From Anaerolineae bacterium (GTDB lineage Bacteria > Chloroflexota > Anaerolineae > UBA7937 > B3-Chlor): 48,831 nt of DNA. The DNA lies in contig DATKVP010000280.1 of assembly GCA_035530015.1 (NCBI GenBank), positions 1 through 48,831 on the forward strand, written 5' to 3'. Position numbers and translations under genes: made by a program. The notes below the pieces were generated by a model. The model searched no databases and was not told where the DNA came from. It worked only from the letters and a program-made list of their open reading frames with translations. Positions 15,071 through 25,328 of this stretch are shown here, in pieces; within the stretch, counting starts at the first letter, position 1, and each line of letters opens with the position of its first letter.

Positions 15071-16420
15071 ATGGGAATTCTGAGTACGAGTAGGACGAGC
15101 AACGCCACCAAGATCGGCCAGACCGACAACTGGGACAGGGCGCTGGAGGAAGACATAGCCGCCATCTTGGGGTGCGACACGGACGTGACTTTCGTGAATC
15201 CCATCTTCGGTAGGCACCAAAACGACGCCGGGGTTAGTGATTCGGGGCTGGGGTACGTGAACACCGACGGCACTATCGCCGGGATTCTTCGGTTCTTGGC
15301 TAGCTCTGCTGACCCCGAGGTCGCGGCCGGCGTCGAGTTTGAGTCCTCGGCCGGTGACAGGTACAAGCTGTGCTGCGTCGGCAGTGAACTGAATCTGTAC
15401 TCGTGGGACTCAGGGGACGAAGAGTGGGACAAGATTGCGAGCCTTTCTAGTTCCTCGGAGACGTTCCTCGGGCTCAACGACGTTGACATCGGGTCGGACT
15501 ACGTAGACAAAGACGGGTACATCATTCAGGTTGTGGAGGACGGAGCAGACCCGCTCGGAGGGCACCTTGAGCTTGTTGAGTCTCCTGCCGTCAGCGGGGT
15601 TGAGTACATCAAGGACCTCGAAGATGTCGAGGACTACTTTGGGAATCCAGACTCGTTCCTGCGCGTTAACTCACTTGGGACCGGCACGACATGGGTCACG
15701 CAGGCTCCTGGTTCCGGCGCGGAGAAGCTCGCTGAACTGACCGACGTCGCTGGGGTGTCTGATCCCATTACTGCGTCCCAAGAGGGCAGTCGTCTGGAAT
15801 TGGTCAACCAGGGATCCATAATTTCTCCCAACAGGAAAGCGAAAGCCGTCCATCCACCGATGGCCCTCGCCCAGCTCTACGGCACCGATTTCAATCTCCT
15901 CAGCACCTCGAACTGGCAGGATCTTACGTGGAGGTGGGGCGTTACTGGGTCAGGCAACAACTGGACAAACTACGCGGGCGAGTTTACCTCGTCGATGCTG
16001 ATCGCAAACAACACCGCTGAGATATACCTCCCCAAAGACCGCATCGGCGTTTACAAGATCGAGCTGAGCCTCTACCTTAAAAATGTTGTCGGGACTGGGA
16101 TCTCGATGCAGGTTGTCAATGCTGGTACCGTTACCGGACCAGACTTCTACATCCTCCAGGCAGACTCCATGGTTTCGGTTCCTGTAGCTCAAGGCACCAT
16201 GAGTCTCCCGCTAACCCCGCCAATAACGATTCCAGTACCGACGTGGATTGCTCATCACCACGTCAAGACATCATTCACCTGCGTGTTGGTCAACACCGTA
16301 AACACACAACCAATCATCAAGATTCAAGCGAAGCTCCCCAACATCGCCGGGATTACGTCGGGAATAAACATCGGCAACAACGGTTGGTCATACACTGAAG
16401 TGTTCATCTACAGGGTCTGA
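15071..16420 (+). CDS. tail/fibre-associated structural protein
   Basis: 449 aa, Ser/Gly/Thr-rich beta composition with lower GC3. It lies in the tail module. Confidence 0.4.
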   Translation: MGILSTSRTSNATKIGQTDNWDRALEEDIAAILGCDTDVTFVNPIFGRHQNDAGVSDSGLGYVNTDGTIAGILRFLASSADPEVAAGVEFESSAGDRYKLCCVGSELNLYSWDSGDEEWDKIASLSSSSETFLGLNDVDIGSDYVDKDGYIIQVVEDGADPLGGHLELVESPAVSGVEYIKDLEDVEDYFGNPDSFLRVNSLGTGTTWVTQAPGSGAEKLAELTDVAGVSDPITASQEGSRLELVNQGSIISPNRKAKAVHPPMALAQLYGTDFNLLSTSNWQDLTWRWGVTGSGNNWTNYAGEFTSSMLIANNTAEIYLPKDRIGVYKIELSLYLKNVVGTGISMQVVNAGTVTGPDFYILQADSMVSVPVAQGTMSLPLTPPITIPVPTWIAHHHVKTSFTCVLVNTVNTQPIIKIQAKLPNIAGITSGINIGNNGWSYTEVFIYRV

Positions 16421-16422
16421 CA

Positions 16423-19068
16423 ATGGAGCGCGCCAATATCCTCGTCCCCACCGAGGGGGTCAGAGCTGACATCAATGACCTCGTTCACACCCCAAGCCAG
16501 ATGCGGCGCGGCAAGAACATCCTCGTATACGACGGGACGGTGCGCCCAAGACCTGGACTCAATCGAGAAGACATCGGCAACCTGATCAACAACTGGAAGC
16601 TGCTCGCCAGCGGGCATTCGTGCTTCTCTGCGTTTGAGGAGGGGTTCCTCATTTTTCAGGACTCCGCCGGAGACTGGTTCTACTCGGACGACCACGGCCT
16701 GACATGGTCAGCCGCAACGGTGAATGGCCCAGGAACTGTCGTAAAGCTACTGGCGCTCCACGGGACCAGCACCATCCTGGCGTGGGAGGCGGACTCGCTG
16801 TGGATCGCAGACACGAGCACGTTCGTTGACACGCTCACATTCACTGAACTCGGTGACTACAGGAACCCGGCTCAACCAGCGTCTGTTCACTTCGCAGACC
16901 CGGTATTTTACGACGACGTGCATGACGTCGTGTGGTGGCAGTGCTGGGGTCGCTGGGGTCGAAGTGCGAAGCTCAACTGTCTTGTCGATGCGTCGATTGC
17001 CACTGACGTCACCAGCCTGTCGTTCGGGCCAACAGCCGCAAACCCAGTCAAGATGAAGCTCATCGGATGTTCAAGGGCCGGGTCGTTCCCATACGCCAAC
17101 GTTGTTGACCCCAGATCTACCTCACCGAAGTTCCTCTACATGCAGTGGTCTGGGACTGTGGCATCGCCAGGAGACCCGCTGAATGAAACTCCGGCACTTA
17201 CCTACACGTCCGACCGGTGGTTCTACCGGCTGTGGTCGTTTGATTTTGTGCCAAACCCGTTTGCGACTGGGCTTACGTCCAACACACTTGCTTCGTTTTA
17301 CCTCAGCTCAGACCACATCAACGAAGACGACCTCACGTTCCTCGCTGACAGAGATCACGACGCGCACTTCAGGATGTGGTGCTACGAGGGCACGAGCGAC
17401 TGCATGGTTGGGATCAAGAACAAGAGGTCTGACGACACCAGGACCACGTGGCTTGAATTCGAGGACTTCCCCAGTGACAGCACGAGAATCTACAACATGC
17501 TGTCCTACGGTGACGGGTCTAACTACTTCTTTTTGGAATCAACAAATCAAGCTGGGCTGAACGAGGCGTGGTTCATCAACGGTCAAATTGCTGACGGGGT
17601 AGAGGGCGACACGGCACTCGGCACCGCCTTGAGCCTGTTCCAGGGGGATCTCTCGACAGAGCCCAGCGCGATCTTCTGCGGGACAACGGCACGCCTCCTG
17701 CATTTCAACCTTGCAAGTGACGCCTGGGAGGACCTGACACCGTACAACTGGGTGAACGTGACGCCGGACGAGATTGACGGGGACGCCGACACCAACCACT
17801 GGGTGTTCCGCGTCATGGAGAAGGGCAGCTCAAAGTACGTGCTCGCGACGAACGGGCAGCTACCGCCGTGCGCCTGGAAGGAAACGCTGGCCGAGTTCAG
17901 GCCGATAGGCGACGAGGACGAAGACCTTGAGATTGGAGTCGGAGAGGCACAGGCACCAATTGCCGACGCCATGGCTATCGCCAACAACAGACTCGTTCTT
18001 GGTCGTGGCAGCTCGGTATACCTTTCGGACCCACAGGACTTCGATAACGGTTACGACGTGGAATACAGACTCACCGACACGAGCGGCGACATTGTCGCCA
18101 TGCGTGAGCTGAATGCCATTACGATCGCCATCCTCAAGGAGGACGCTATCTATCATGGCATATCACAAGCTGAGTTCATGGGCGTTTCCGCCCCCATGCG
18201 GTTTGAACTTGTCAAGGCCGGTGTCGTAGGTCCATGCTCTGACGCAAGCGTGGTGTACCTTCCCGATGGCCGTCTTTGCTGGTTGGGTCGAGATGGGGGC
18301 GTTTATATCTACGATGGTGCTGTCCCCGTTGACGCAGGGCGCAACATTCGACACGCCATCTACAACTCAATCGACCAGGACAGGCTTGAGTGGGCTCACG
18401 CCACGGTCGATACACAACGTAACCTGCTTTGGATTTTTTTCCCGACAATCGCCGGGGGTATGTCCAGTGGAATCGTGCTGAGCATTGACCAGGGGCAGAG
18501 TTGGCCGTTCTGGACATTCAGGTACCCAGAAAGCTGGGACATGATGGCGTCCTTGCACGCCGTGATCGACATCGACCTTGTGTATGGCGACTTCGACGAG
18601 GACATCGGCCCGTCTTACGGGGATCTCGCTGAGGTCGCGTACGGAGACTTCGAGTCCCAGAGATGGAAGTTCCTCCTCATGAGGGGCAACACGTCTATTT
18701 ATCTACAGGACTGGAGCGCAGCACATGATGCCACGGTGCCGATCGACGTTGAAATGCATACGGGGTGGTACGACTTTGATGACCTGTATACGTACGACAC
18801 GTTTCACGAGATGCATCACCTGATCATGTGGGCGGTAACACTGAATCCGCCGCCTGGTGAGAACCTGCTCTATTGGACTCTTGTGTCTGAGCAGGGAAGG
18901 CCAGCGAGCACGAGGCGTCAATCGTCTCCGCTGTATAACACCGGTAGGGCCAAGACGTCATACAGGCAGACCGGGAGGAGACACAGGTTCGAGATGTCTG
19001 GTGAGGTCACCGAGGTGTTTCATTGGGGCGGCGCTACGGGGTTGTACTCTAGAAGGGGGAACAGATGA
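16423..19068 (+). CDS. large tail protein (tail tubular B / nozzle-like candidate)
   Basis: 881 aa. The N-terminal pattern ...GKNILVYDGTVRPRPGL is reminiscent of podovirus tubular protein B N-termini. Weak call. Confidence 0.45.
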   Translation: MERANILVPTEGVRADINDLVHTPSQMRRGKNILVYDGTVRPRPGLNREDIGNLINNWKLLASGHSCFSAFEEGFLIFQDSAGDWFYSDDHGLTWSAATVNGPGTVVKLLALHGTSTILAWEADSLWIADTSTFVDTLTFTELGDYRNPAQPASVHFADPVFYDDVHDVVWWQCWGRWGRSAKLNCLVDASIATDVTSLSFGPTAANPVKMKLIGCSRAGSFPYANVVDPRSTSPKFLYMQWSGTVASPGDPLNETPALTYTSDRWFYRLWSFDFVPNPFATGLTSNTLASFYLSSDHINEDDLTFLADRDHDAHFRMWCYEGTSDCMVGIKNKRSDDTRTTWLEFEDFPSDSTRIYNMLSYGDGSNYFFLESTNQAGLNEAWFINGQIADGVEGDTALGTALSLFQGDLSTEPSAIFCGTTARLLHFNLASDAWEDLTPYNWVNVTPDEIDGDADTNHWVFRVMEKGSSKYVLATNGQLPPCAWKETLAEFRPIGDEDEDLEIGVGEAQAPIADAMAIANNRLVLGRGSSVYLSDPQDFDNGYDVEYRLTDTSGDIVAMRELNAITIAILKEDAIYHGISQAEFMGVSAPMRFELVKAGVVGPCSDASVVYLPDGRLCWLGRDGGVYIYDGAVPVDAGRNIRHAIYNSIDQDRLEWAHATVDTQRNLLWIFFPTIAGGMSSGIVLSIDQGQSWPFWTFRYPESWDMMASLHAVIDIDLVYGDFDEDIGPSYGDLAEVAYGDFESQRWKFLLMRGNTSIYLQDWSAAHDATVPIDVEMHTGWYDFDDLYTYDTFHEMHHLIMWAVTLNPPPGENLLYWTLVSEQGRPASTRRQSSPLYNTGRAKTSYRQTGRRHRFEMSGEVTEVFHWGGATGLYSRRGNR

Positions 19069-21566
19069 CGACCGCGTCACAGCTAGCCGCCGAGCGATAC
19101 CCCGACACAGCCATCCCATCAGTGCTGTCGCTGCCACACCCCCCAGTGAACGCGGACGACTGTGTGAGGTACATTAGGCAACTCCATACCATTCTCAATC
19201 AGAGTCAGGCCAGGCTCGCTGAGGTGCTTAGGATCCTGAGCTACCACAGGAGTACCGTCAGCACCGACGCTGACACGGAGACTGGAGACGGCACCCAGAT
19301 CACCGGAGGCACCGCGACCATGCCGGCAGCAACGGAGAGTGGGGTCCAGCATGTGGACTACAACGTGACAACTGAGCAGGCGCGGTTCTTTGTAGACGGT
19401 GCCGACTCCGCTGGAGACCCGAAGTGGTATGAGGTCGGCGTTGGTCCGTGGTCTTCGAGGACAGTTGGATTCGAGGACAGGGATGATTCGGAGCTGACGT
19501 GGACAGACGGAACACTCAAACTGGAGATCAACCCAACGGGGACCGACTTCTCGTTTTGGGTTGATGGAATCAAGTTCGTTTCTACCGGAGACTTTGTAAC
19601 GATCACCGACACCGAGGGGATGTGGTACATCTACTACGATTCAGATGGCGATCTAGTAGCTACTCAGGTAGCTACACTGGAGACACTCATCCAAGGCAGC
19701 GCGCTTGTCGCCATCGTCTACTGGGATGCAGACAACAACACTGCCGTGTTCGTTGGTGATGAGCGCCACGGGCTCATGGACCCTGACGTGCATTACTATT
19801 TGCACGAGGCGTTCGGAACGACGCACAGCAGCGGCCTGACGCTTGGGGACATTCTTTCGGATGCGAGTGGTGCGCTCGACGCCCACGCCGAGCTGAGTGT
19901 GGCGTCAGGCGAGTTTGATGATGAGGACATCCACCACCAGTTCCCAGGTGCGGCGGCCCCTGCGGAGATCCCTATCATCTATAAGACCGGCGCTACCCCG
20001 GTGTGGAGAAAGAAGGCCGCAACCACAGCACCCATATACTTCGACACAGGAGTTCCGCAGTACAACTCATACTCAGCCCCAAACTGGGGGCTGTCGTCGA
20101 TCGCAAACACCAAGTTCTTCCTGATGCACATTATCGCAACCAACGACTACCGGGACGCCCACAAGATAGTGGCGTTGCTCGGTGAAGCTCAGTACAACAC
20201 CATCGGTGAGGCGCAGACTGGGGCAGAGCAGGAGATCAGCGACATCTACACTGGCGGGTTGCCAATGCCTGAGTTCCTGATTCTCGGCACGGTCATTTTC
20301 CAGTACGCCACGTCATACACAAACAGCTACGACTGCCGAATCCGCGCCACTGCCGAGGGGGACGACTACATCAACTGGCTTCAACAGGAACTGAGCCCAG
20401 GAACAGCCCCGACCTCGCACTCGCTCACTACAGGCCGCGATCTCCCAAACCAACACCCAGCAGACGCAGTGAGCACTGACACATCTGCGTTCGGGGGAGT
20501 GCTCAGCGCAGCAGACGACGAGGTTCAGGCTGCCCTAGATACGCTTGACGATCACCTACACGATTCAGACTACGTCAGCATCGTGAACCCGGCTGTAGCT
20601 GGGAACTTCCCTGCCCTGACTGCCGGTGGTGAGCTTACAGACTCCGGCTACGACGAAACGAGCTTCGCCACGGCAGCGCACGACCATGACGCTGACTACT
20701 CTCCTCTTGGGCACGACCACGACTCAGATTATCTGGCGTTGTCGGGGGGCACACTGACCGGAGACCTCCAGATAGGCGACTCTACAAACGTTGACCTCAT
20801 ATTTCACGACGGGACATCACCAATTGCGTTCATGAACTACAGCCCAAGCGGCTACTTCCAGCTTGGTACCGGTGGCGGTGATTGCGCGATTCTTTTTGAT
20901 AAGATCCTGACCATTTCGCCAATCCAGTGTGACAGTTACCTTTCGTGGAGGAACTTTGCTGATTCGGCTAACTACCCGTTCGTTAAGCTTGACACCGGCA
21001 ACAGATTCGTAATGGAAGCGAGCTACCCGACCTATCACGGTAATTACGCTGGTGGGAATTACTGGCTTGCTGCCACAGACGGTGACATCCACCAATACGG
21101 CACCGGGATAATTTCAAACGCGACAAGAGTCGAAACACCGGAGGTTCGCAGCAGGGAACATAGGGCCACAGCAACGTGCGCGTTGTTGAACAACACCAAC
21201 AAGGTGCTCGTCAGAGTTGATCTTTCCAACACAGAGGCCGTGGGCCTCATGATCCACTACAATGTAGTAATCAGGTACACAATTTTCGCAGCCACCCACT
21301 ACTTCACCGAAACCGGCCTGCTCATGTTCACGTGTGTTGACAACGCCGGGACGGTTACCAAAACGTCCGCAATTGTCGGCGCGACCAACGTCAACACCGG
21401 GGCGGGGACGTGCGCTATCTCAACGACGACTGGCAGCGGAACAAACTGGGGACAGGTCTACATCAAGGCATACCTTTCGGCTGGCGGAACGTTCGTTTCC
21501 TCGAAGTGTGATTACCATGTGCTGAACACCGATGTGAGCAACACAGCCCTGTCTAGCTGGGCCTAG
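19065..21566 (+). CDS. tail fibre / spike protein
   Basis: AHDHDADYSPLGHDHDSDYLALSGGTLTGDLQIGDS is a classic fibre motif (HxH repeats plus LSGGTxTG). 833 aa. Confidence 0.7.
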   Translation: MTTASQLAAERYPDTAIPSVLSLPHPPVNADDCVRYIRQLHTILNQSQARLAEVLRILSYHRSTVSTDADTETGDGTQITGGTATMPAATESGVQHVDYNVTTEQARFFVDGADSAGDPKWYEVGVGPWSSRTVGFEDRDDSELTWTDGTLKLEINPTGTDFSFWVDGIKFVSTGDFVTITDTEGMWYIYYDSDGDLVATQVATLETLIQGSALVAIVYWDADNNTAVFVGDERHGLMDPDVHYYLHEAFGTTHSSGLTLGDILSDASGALDAHAELSVASGEFDDEDIHHQFPGAAAPAEIPIIYKTGATPVWRKKAATTAPIYFDTGVPQYNSYSAPNWGLSSIANTKFFLMHIIATNDYRDAHKIVALLGEAQYNTIGEAQTGAEQEISDIYTGGLPMPEFLILGTVIFQYATSYTNSYDCRIRATAEGDDYINWLQQELSPGTAPTSHSLTTGRDLPNQHPADAVSTDTSAFGGVLSAADDEVQAALDTLDDHLHDSDYVSIVNPAVAGNFPALTAGGELTDSGYDETSFATAAHDHDADYSPLGHDHDSDYLALSGGTLTGDLQIGDSTNVDLIFHDGTSPIAFMNYSPSGYFQLGTGGGDCAILFDKILTISPIQCDSYLSWRNFADSANYPFVKLDTGNRFVMEASYPTYHGNYAGGNYWLAATDGDIHQYGTGIISNATRVETPEVRSREHRATATCALLNNTNKVLVRVDLSNTEAVGLMIHYNVVIRYTIFAATHYFTETGLLMFTCVDNAGTVTKTSAIVGATNVNTGAGTCAISTTTGSGTNWGQVYIKAYLSAGGTFVSSKCDYHVLNTDVSNTALSSWA

Positions 21567-21574
21567 GAGTAAAT

Positions 21575-21802
21575 ATGCCAGACGTAACGATTTCACTGAC
21601 CGCCGCACAGGCCCAGAGATTTGAGGCCGCGTGCCGGTCGAGGCTGCTCGGAGAGTATGTCGCCATGGGCGGCGACCCAAACCCCAATCCACTGGAATTC
21701 GGGGCATGGTGTTTCACTCGACTTGGGCAAGCTTTTACGCTAAATTATGAGAGAGAGGTGCACGATGCCGAGTTCAACCCTGACCCGTTCGAGAAAACAT
21801 AA
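21575..21802 (+). CDS. hypothetical small protein
   Basis: 75-aa ORF with AGGAG upstream. Confidence 0.5.
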   Translation: MPDVTISLTAAQAQRFEAACRSRLLGEYVAMGGDPNPNPLEFGAWCFTRLGQAFTLNYEREVHDAEFNPDPFEKT

Positions 21803-22074
21803 TGACTGAAAAATTATCTTCCACGCTCAAAGATTGGGTTGCCCCAATCCTGGCCGCTACGCTGACCGCGTTGACACTGTACGGTTGGGCCTTTGAGGCT
21901 CAGTTCAACAAACAAGTCGAGGCGCACAAGCCGGCCATGACAAGGGAGATTGAGATGAGGTTGGACAGGCAGCAGATCCAGATCGAACGCGACAGAATTG
22001 AGCTGATGAACCAGTTGGATAGACGCCTCACCAGGATCGAGACAATGCTTGAACAAATGAAGGGCAGCAAATGA
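21802..22074 (+). CDS. membrane protein with one TMD plus coiled coil (holin or lysis-regulator candidate)
   Basis: WVAPILAATLTALTLYGWAF is TMD-like, followed by a helical charged tail. It lies directly upstream of the endolysin gene. Confidence 0.45.
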   Translation: MTEKLSSTLKDWVAPILAATLTALTLYGWAFEAQFNKQVEAHKPAMTREIEMRLDRQQIQIERDRIELMNQLDRRLTRIETMLEQMKGSK

Positions 22075-22601
22075 TCACGTGTTTTGACGCCGGGCATGGA
22101 GGGCACGACCCTGGGGCCGTGTACCACGGGTGGGTCGAGAAGGACATCGCGTTGACGTGGGCGAAGCTCCTGGCGCGCACGCACGACGCCACCTGGGGTG
22201 ACTTCGGCTGTTCGTCGATGACCCGTACCGAAGACGTGTATCCCAGTTGGGACGCGCGCTACCACGAGGCCGAACACGCCGACGCCCTGGTGTCGGTCCA
22301 CGTCAACGCAGGTGGCGGGCGGGGATTTGAGGCGTGGTACCACTCCGAGGCGGGGCTCGCGCTGGCGGAGCAAATCATGGCGCTGTGGCCCGGTGAGTTC
22401 AGGCGCGGCGTGAAGCACGACAGCACAAGCAGGCTCGGGAGGCTTTCGATTCTCCAGGACACGAAGCCCCCGGCGGTGTTGCTGGAGCTGGGGTTCATCG
22501 ACAGCCCTGAAGACATGCGCCTGCTGCATGATCTTGATTTCGCGTTGATTGCCTCGCAGGCAATTATCGACGCTGTGGAGGACTGGTATGTCAACAGATG
22601 A
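22071..22601 (+). CDS. N-acetylmuramoyl-L-alanine amidase endolysin (Amidase_3-like)
   Basis: The motifs DAGHGGHDPGAV, SVHVNAGGG and PAVLLELGFIDSPEDMRLL are hallmarks of AmiA/B/C-type amidases. Confidence 0.85.
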   Translation: MITCFDAGHGGHDPGAVYHGWVEKDIALTWAKLLARTHDATWGDFGCSSMTRTEDVYPSWDARYHEAEHADALVSVHVNAGGGRGFEAWYHSEAGLALAEQIMALWPGEFRRGVKHDSTSRLGRLSILQDTKPPAVLLELGFIDSPEDMRLLHDLDFALIASQAIIDAVEDWYVNR

Positions 22602-22809
22602 AGACGAAAGATACAGGAGCAGAAAATGGATACTGTTCACCAGAACGCTGATAGGAGCAAGCGCCGCATGTACGGGCCTCGTAACTGTGCGTCTCCTTGG
22701 AGTGGAGACTGCGCCGGATGTATCTTCTATCTTGAATTTCTGGGGGCTCCTGAGTGCCTCTGTGCTCGGGGGCTATGGAGCCGTAAACCTGATAGGGAAG
22801 GGGAAGTAG
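22588..22809 (+). CDS. holin-like protein with two TMDs
   Basis: MSTDEDERYRSRKW, then TMDs ILFTRTLIGASAACTGLVTV and ILNFWGLLSASVLGGYGAVNLI. It overlaps the endolysin 3' end. Confidence 0.55.
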   Translation: MSTDEDERYRSRKWILFTRTLIGASAACTGLVTVRLLGVETAPDVSSILNFWGLLSASVLGGYGAVNLIGKGK

Positions 22810-22810
22810 G

Positions 22811-23224
22811 ATGTTACCGATCCCGTATCTGAAGGAAGTGCTCATCGGAGCCGTGGTGCTGCTCGTCGTTTTCATTGGCGTTCAGACAGCGCGGTTGTCA
22901 ATCTGCAAGTCCAACCTGCGGGCGTCACAGGCGGAACTCCAGAACGTCGTCAACATGCTGGAGCTGTCGAGGTCAACAGTTGTTGACCTCCGTGCCAAGA
23001 TCGACACACAGAACATCTTCCTGCGTGAGGCGCAGGCGCTTGGTATGTCGGCTCAGGCGGCGCAGGACGCGTCGCTCAGGATCGCTCGGGAGTTGGCGCT
23101 CGCCAAACAGAAGTTGGATTCTCTTTTACAAGAGCACTCAGCTCTGAAGAAGCGGGCCGAGAATCTCAACACCTGCGAGACCTACGAGCTGGTCTTGCAG
23201 AGTATCGCGGGGGTGCTGCCGTGA
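22811..23224 (+). CDS. i-spanin (Rz-like)
   Basis: N-terminal TMD VLIGAVVLLVVFIGV followed by a periplasmic coiled coil. Lysis-cassette position. Confidence 0.7.
   Translation: MLPIPYLKEVLIGAVVLLVVFIGVQTARLSICKSNLRASQAELQNVVNMLELSRSTVVDLRAKIDTQNIFLREAQALGMSAQAAQDASLRIARELALAKQKLDSLLQEHSALKKRAENLNTCETYELVLQSIAGVLP
22969..22990. repeat. palindrome family copy 3: GAGGTCAACA-GT-TGTTGACCTC (perfect 10-bp arms)
   Basis: Read directly. It lies inside the i-spanin gene and is translated as RSTVVDL. Confidence 0.95.
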
Positions 23225-23568
23225 ATAGATACAACAACTCTCCGTTCGACGGGTGTCTGATCCCGGCGCTGTGCCTGCTCATCTTCATCTGCTTCATGCT
23301 CAGTTTCATGGGTTGCGCCACCACCAAGTACGTGCCAAAGATTGAGTACCAGGAGGTGCTGATCTCACAACCGTGCATCATCTACATGGACATTCCTCCC
23401 AGGCCGTTCTACGAATCGTTCCCAGAGCTTGGGGGCGACAGCAAGGAGTGGGCGCTGGAAGTCGAGCGCGTCGTTCAGGCCAACCGAGCCAAGCGTGAGG
23501 CCTACATCGAGTCACTGCTCTTCTTGGTTGAGGAGCACAACAGATTGGAGCCGCAATGCAGTCCGTAG
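23221..23568 (+). CDS. o-spanin (Rz1-like outer-membrane lipoprotein)
   Basis: GTG start overlapping the i-spanin stop. Signal peptide with lipobox LSFMG|C, then a Pro-rich mature region. Separate (non-embedded) spanin architecture. Confidence 0.65.
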   Translation: MNRYNNSPFDGCLIPALCLLIFICFMLSFMGCATTKYVPKIEYQEVLISQPCIIYMDIPPRPFYESFPELGGDSKEWALEVERVVQANRAKREAYIESLLFLVEEHNRLEPQCSP

Positions 23569-24035
23569 TGATGGAAAAGGGTAGCCCGCACGCCTGGATG
23601 CTGATGCCGGCGTTCAGGGCACGCGTCATGGAGTTCGACCGCAGGTACTGTGTGGACGGGAACGCGACCAACATCGCAAACTTGTTCGAGACGTGCTTCG
23701 CCGCGGGAGACCCAAGGATGCTCGGCCTCGCGCTGATGGAGGTTGCGAACGGTGACGTCAAGATGGTGGGCCACCTCATTGCCGGCGTGGACACGTACCA
23801 CGGGGTTTCCACTGCCGTCATCTATCAGTATGAGAAAGACAATTTCGATGAGGATGTACAGGGGACCAACGACCTTGTACAATCGGTTGTGGATACTTGG
23901 GCGTTGGGCTTGGGCCTGCACGAGGTATCCGCCCTGGCCACAAGCCAGGGACGGGCAAAACACTTCGAGCGCTGGGGTTACCGGTACTCAGCTACGCTCG
24001 TAACAAGGAGAATCGGACATGGGGGGCAAGAATAG
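23556..24035 (+). CDS. hypothetical protein (weak GNAT-like C-terminal impression)
   Basis: 159 aa. The C-terminal ...GRAKHFERWGYRY loosely resembles the GNAT motif-B end. Not reliable. Confidence 0.4.
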   Translation: MQSVVMEKGSPHAWMLMPAFRARVMEFDRRYCVDGNATNIANLFETCFAAGDPRMLGLALMEVANGDVKMVGHLIAGVDTYHGVSTAVIYQYEKDNFDEDVQGTNDLVQSVVDTWALGLGLHEVSALATSQGRAKHFERWGYRYSATLVTRRIGHGGQE

Positions 24036-24285
24036 TTCGGGTAGCTCGACAACTCAGTCGGTTATCCCACCGTGGCTAAAGGGGATCATGGAGCCACTGC
24101 TGGGTGGATCGGCGACCAAGCTACAGGAGTTTCAAAATCAAGGTTGGGACGTGCTTCAGGGGAACCAGCCACAGCAGGGGGTCAGTCTCGAGGAGCTTGC
24201 CAGCCGGCAGGTCACGGCGGGTGGAAGCCAGATGCCGCCTAACAAGGCCATCCCCAAGACCCCCGAGGCCTATGGGGGTATGTGA
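24019..24285 (+). CDS. hypothetical small protein (internal virion candidate)
   Basis: AAGGAG lies before ATG 24019. Gly/Gln/Ser-rich. Confidence 0.5.
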   Translation: MGGKNSSGSSTTQSVIPPWLKGIMEPLLGGSATKLQEFQNQGWDVLQGNQPQQGVSLEELASRQVTAGGSQMPPNKAIPKTPEAYGGM

Positions 24286-25328
24286 TGCCGGAGCTAGCGT
24301 CTGAACAGGGCGGTAAGGGCAGCGGCGGTAAGCCCAGTGGCGGTGCGGCAGACTCTGTATTCCACGGTGATACCCAGGGTAGCGGCAAGTTCGCCATGGG
24401 CGGCGGCAACCCGTTCATGTCCGGCACGCCGGGGTACAACTCCGGTGGTGGCTTCTACGACTTCAATCCCCAGGCCATAGCAGGAGCGTCCCCCCTCCTA
24501 AACCAGGCCGGGAAGATGGCCGGTGGCCTAGGCCAGGCTGGCCAGGGTGGCGTGCAAGGCGCGTACGGAGCGCTCGGGCAGGCCGGTGACATGTACAGCG
24601 GCATGGGTGGTCTCAACCCCATGTACCAGGCGATGGTGGGAGGTGCCGGTGGGCTCCAGGGGCTCAGCGGTAACAGCCAGGAAGCGATGGACATGTATCG
24701 CTCACTCCCCGGCATCGCGGGCACGCAGGTCACCGGAGAGAACGTCAAAAACGATCCCGCCATCAAGGCCGCGAACGAGCAGTTCATGAAGACCATGGCT
24801 CCCATGATCAAGGACTCCGCCGGCCTCGCCGGCCTCGGGAAGTCCGGGGTAATGACCAACGCGCTGGCGTCACAGCAGGCGCAGACGCTGCTCCCGCTGA
24901 TCCAGGGCAGCCTCGGGCGCGAGGAGCGCGGCATCGACAGGCTCCTCGGCGGCACCCAGGCTGGGGCTCAGGGGTTGTTCGGCGGCGGTCAGCAGGAGAC
25001 CAATAGGCTGCTCTCACAGCTTGGCCTCTATGGCCAGGCTGGTGGTGCGATGCAGCAGGGCGAGCAGGCCGGGGCCTCTGGGCTCGCTGGTATCGGCGGT
25101 GCCCTTGCCGGGCTCGGTGGACAGGAGCAGAACATGCTCATGAACGCCATCGGCGGAATGAGCGGACTCGGAGGCGAGTTCCGAAACATCGAACAGCAGA
25201 TGCTTAACGCCCCGTACGAGGAGCAGATGCGGATGTACTCCGAGGCACTTAACTCGATGTACGGTCCGTTCGGGATGATTCCTGGGATGTTTGGGTCGGC
25301 AAGCACCACACAGGGAGGCAAGAAGTAA
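24285..25328 (+). CDS. Gly/Gln/Met/Ala-rich low-complexity protein (internal virion or ejection candidate)
   Basis: 347 aa with reiterated GGLGQAGQGG / GLAGIGGALAGLGG segments. It lies upstream of the giant ORF. Confidence 0.55.
   Translation: MPELASEQGGKGSGGKPSGGAADSVFHGDTQGSGKFAMGGGNPFMSGTPGYNSGGGFYDFNPQAIAGASPLLNQAGKMAGGLGQAGQGGVQGAYGALGQAGDMYSGMGGLNPMYQAMVGGAGGLQGLSGNSQEAMDMYRSLPGIAGTQVTGENVKNDPAIKAANEQFMKTMAPMIKDSAGLAGLGKSGVMTNALASQQAQTLLPLIQGSLGREERGIDRLLGGTQAGAQGLFGGGQQETNRLLSQLGLYGQAGGAMQQGEQAGASGLAGIGGALAGLGGQEQNMLMNAIGGMSGLGGEFRNIEQQMLNAPYEEQMRMYSEALNSMYGPFGMIPGMFGSASTTQGGKK

Noticed and set aside
16283-16296. GTGTTGGTCAACAC, the lone half-site GAGGTCAACA at 33586-33595, and GTCAACAGATGAAGAC at 22590-22605 as extra members of the palindrome family.
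   Set aside because: The first has the arms in the opposite arrangement. The second has no matching right arm. The third has two or more mismatches in each arm. They were not counted, to avoid inflating the family.
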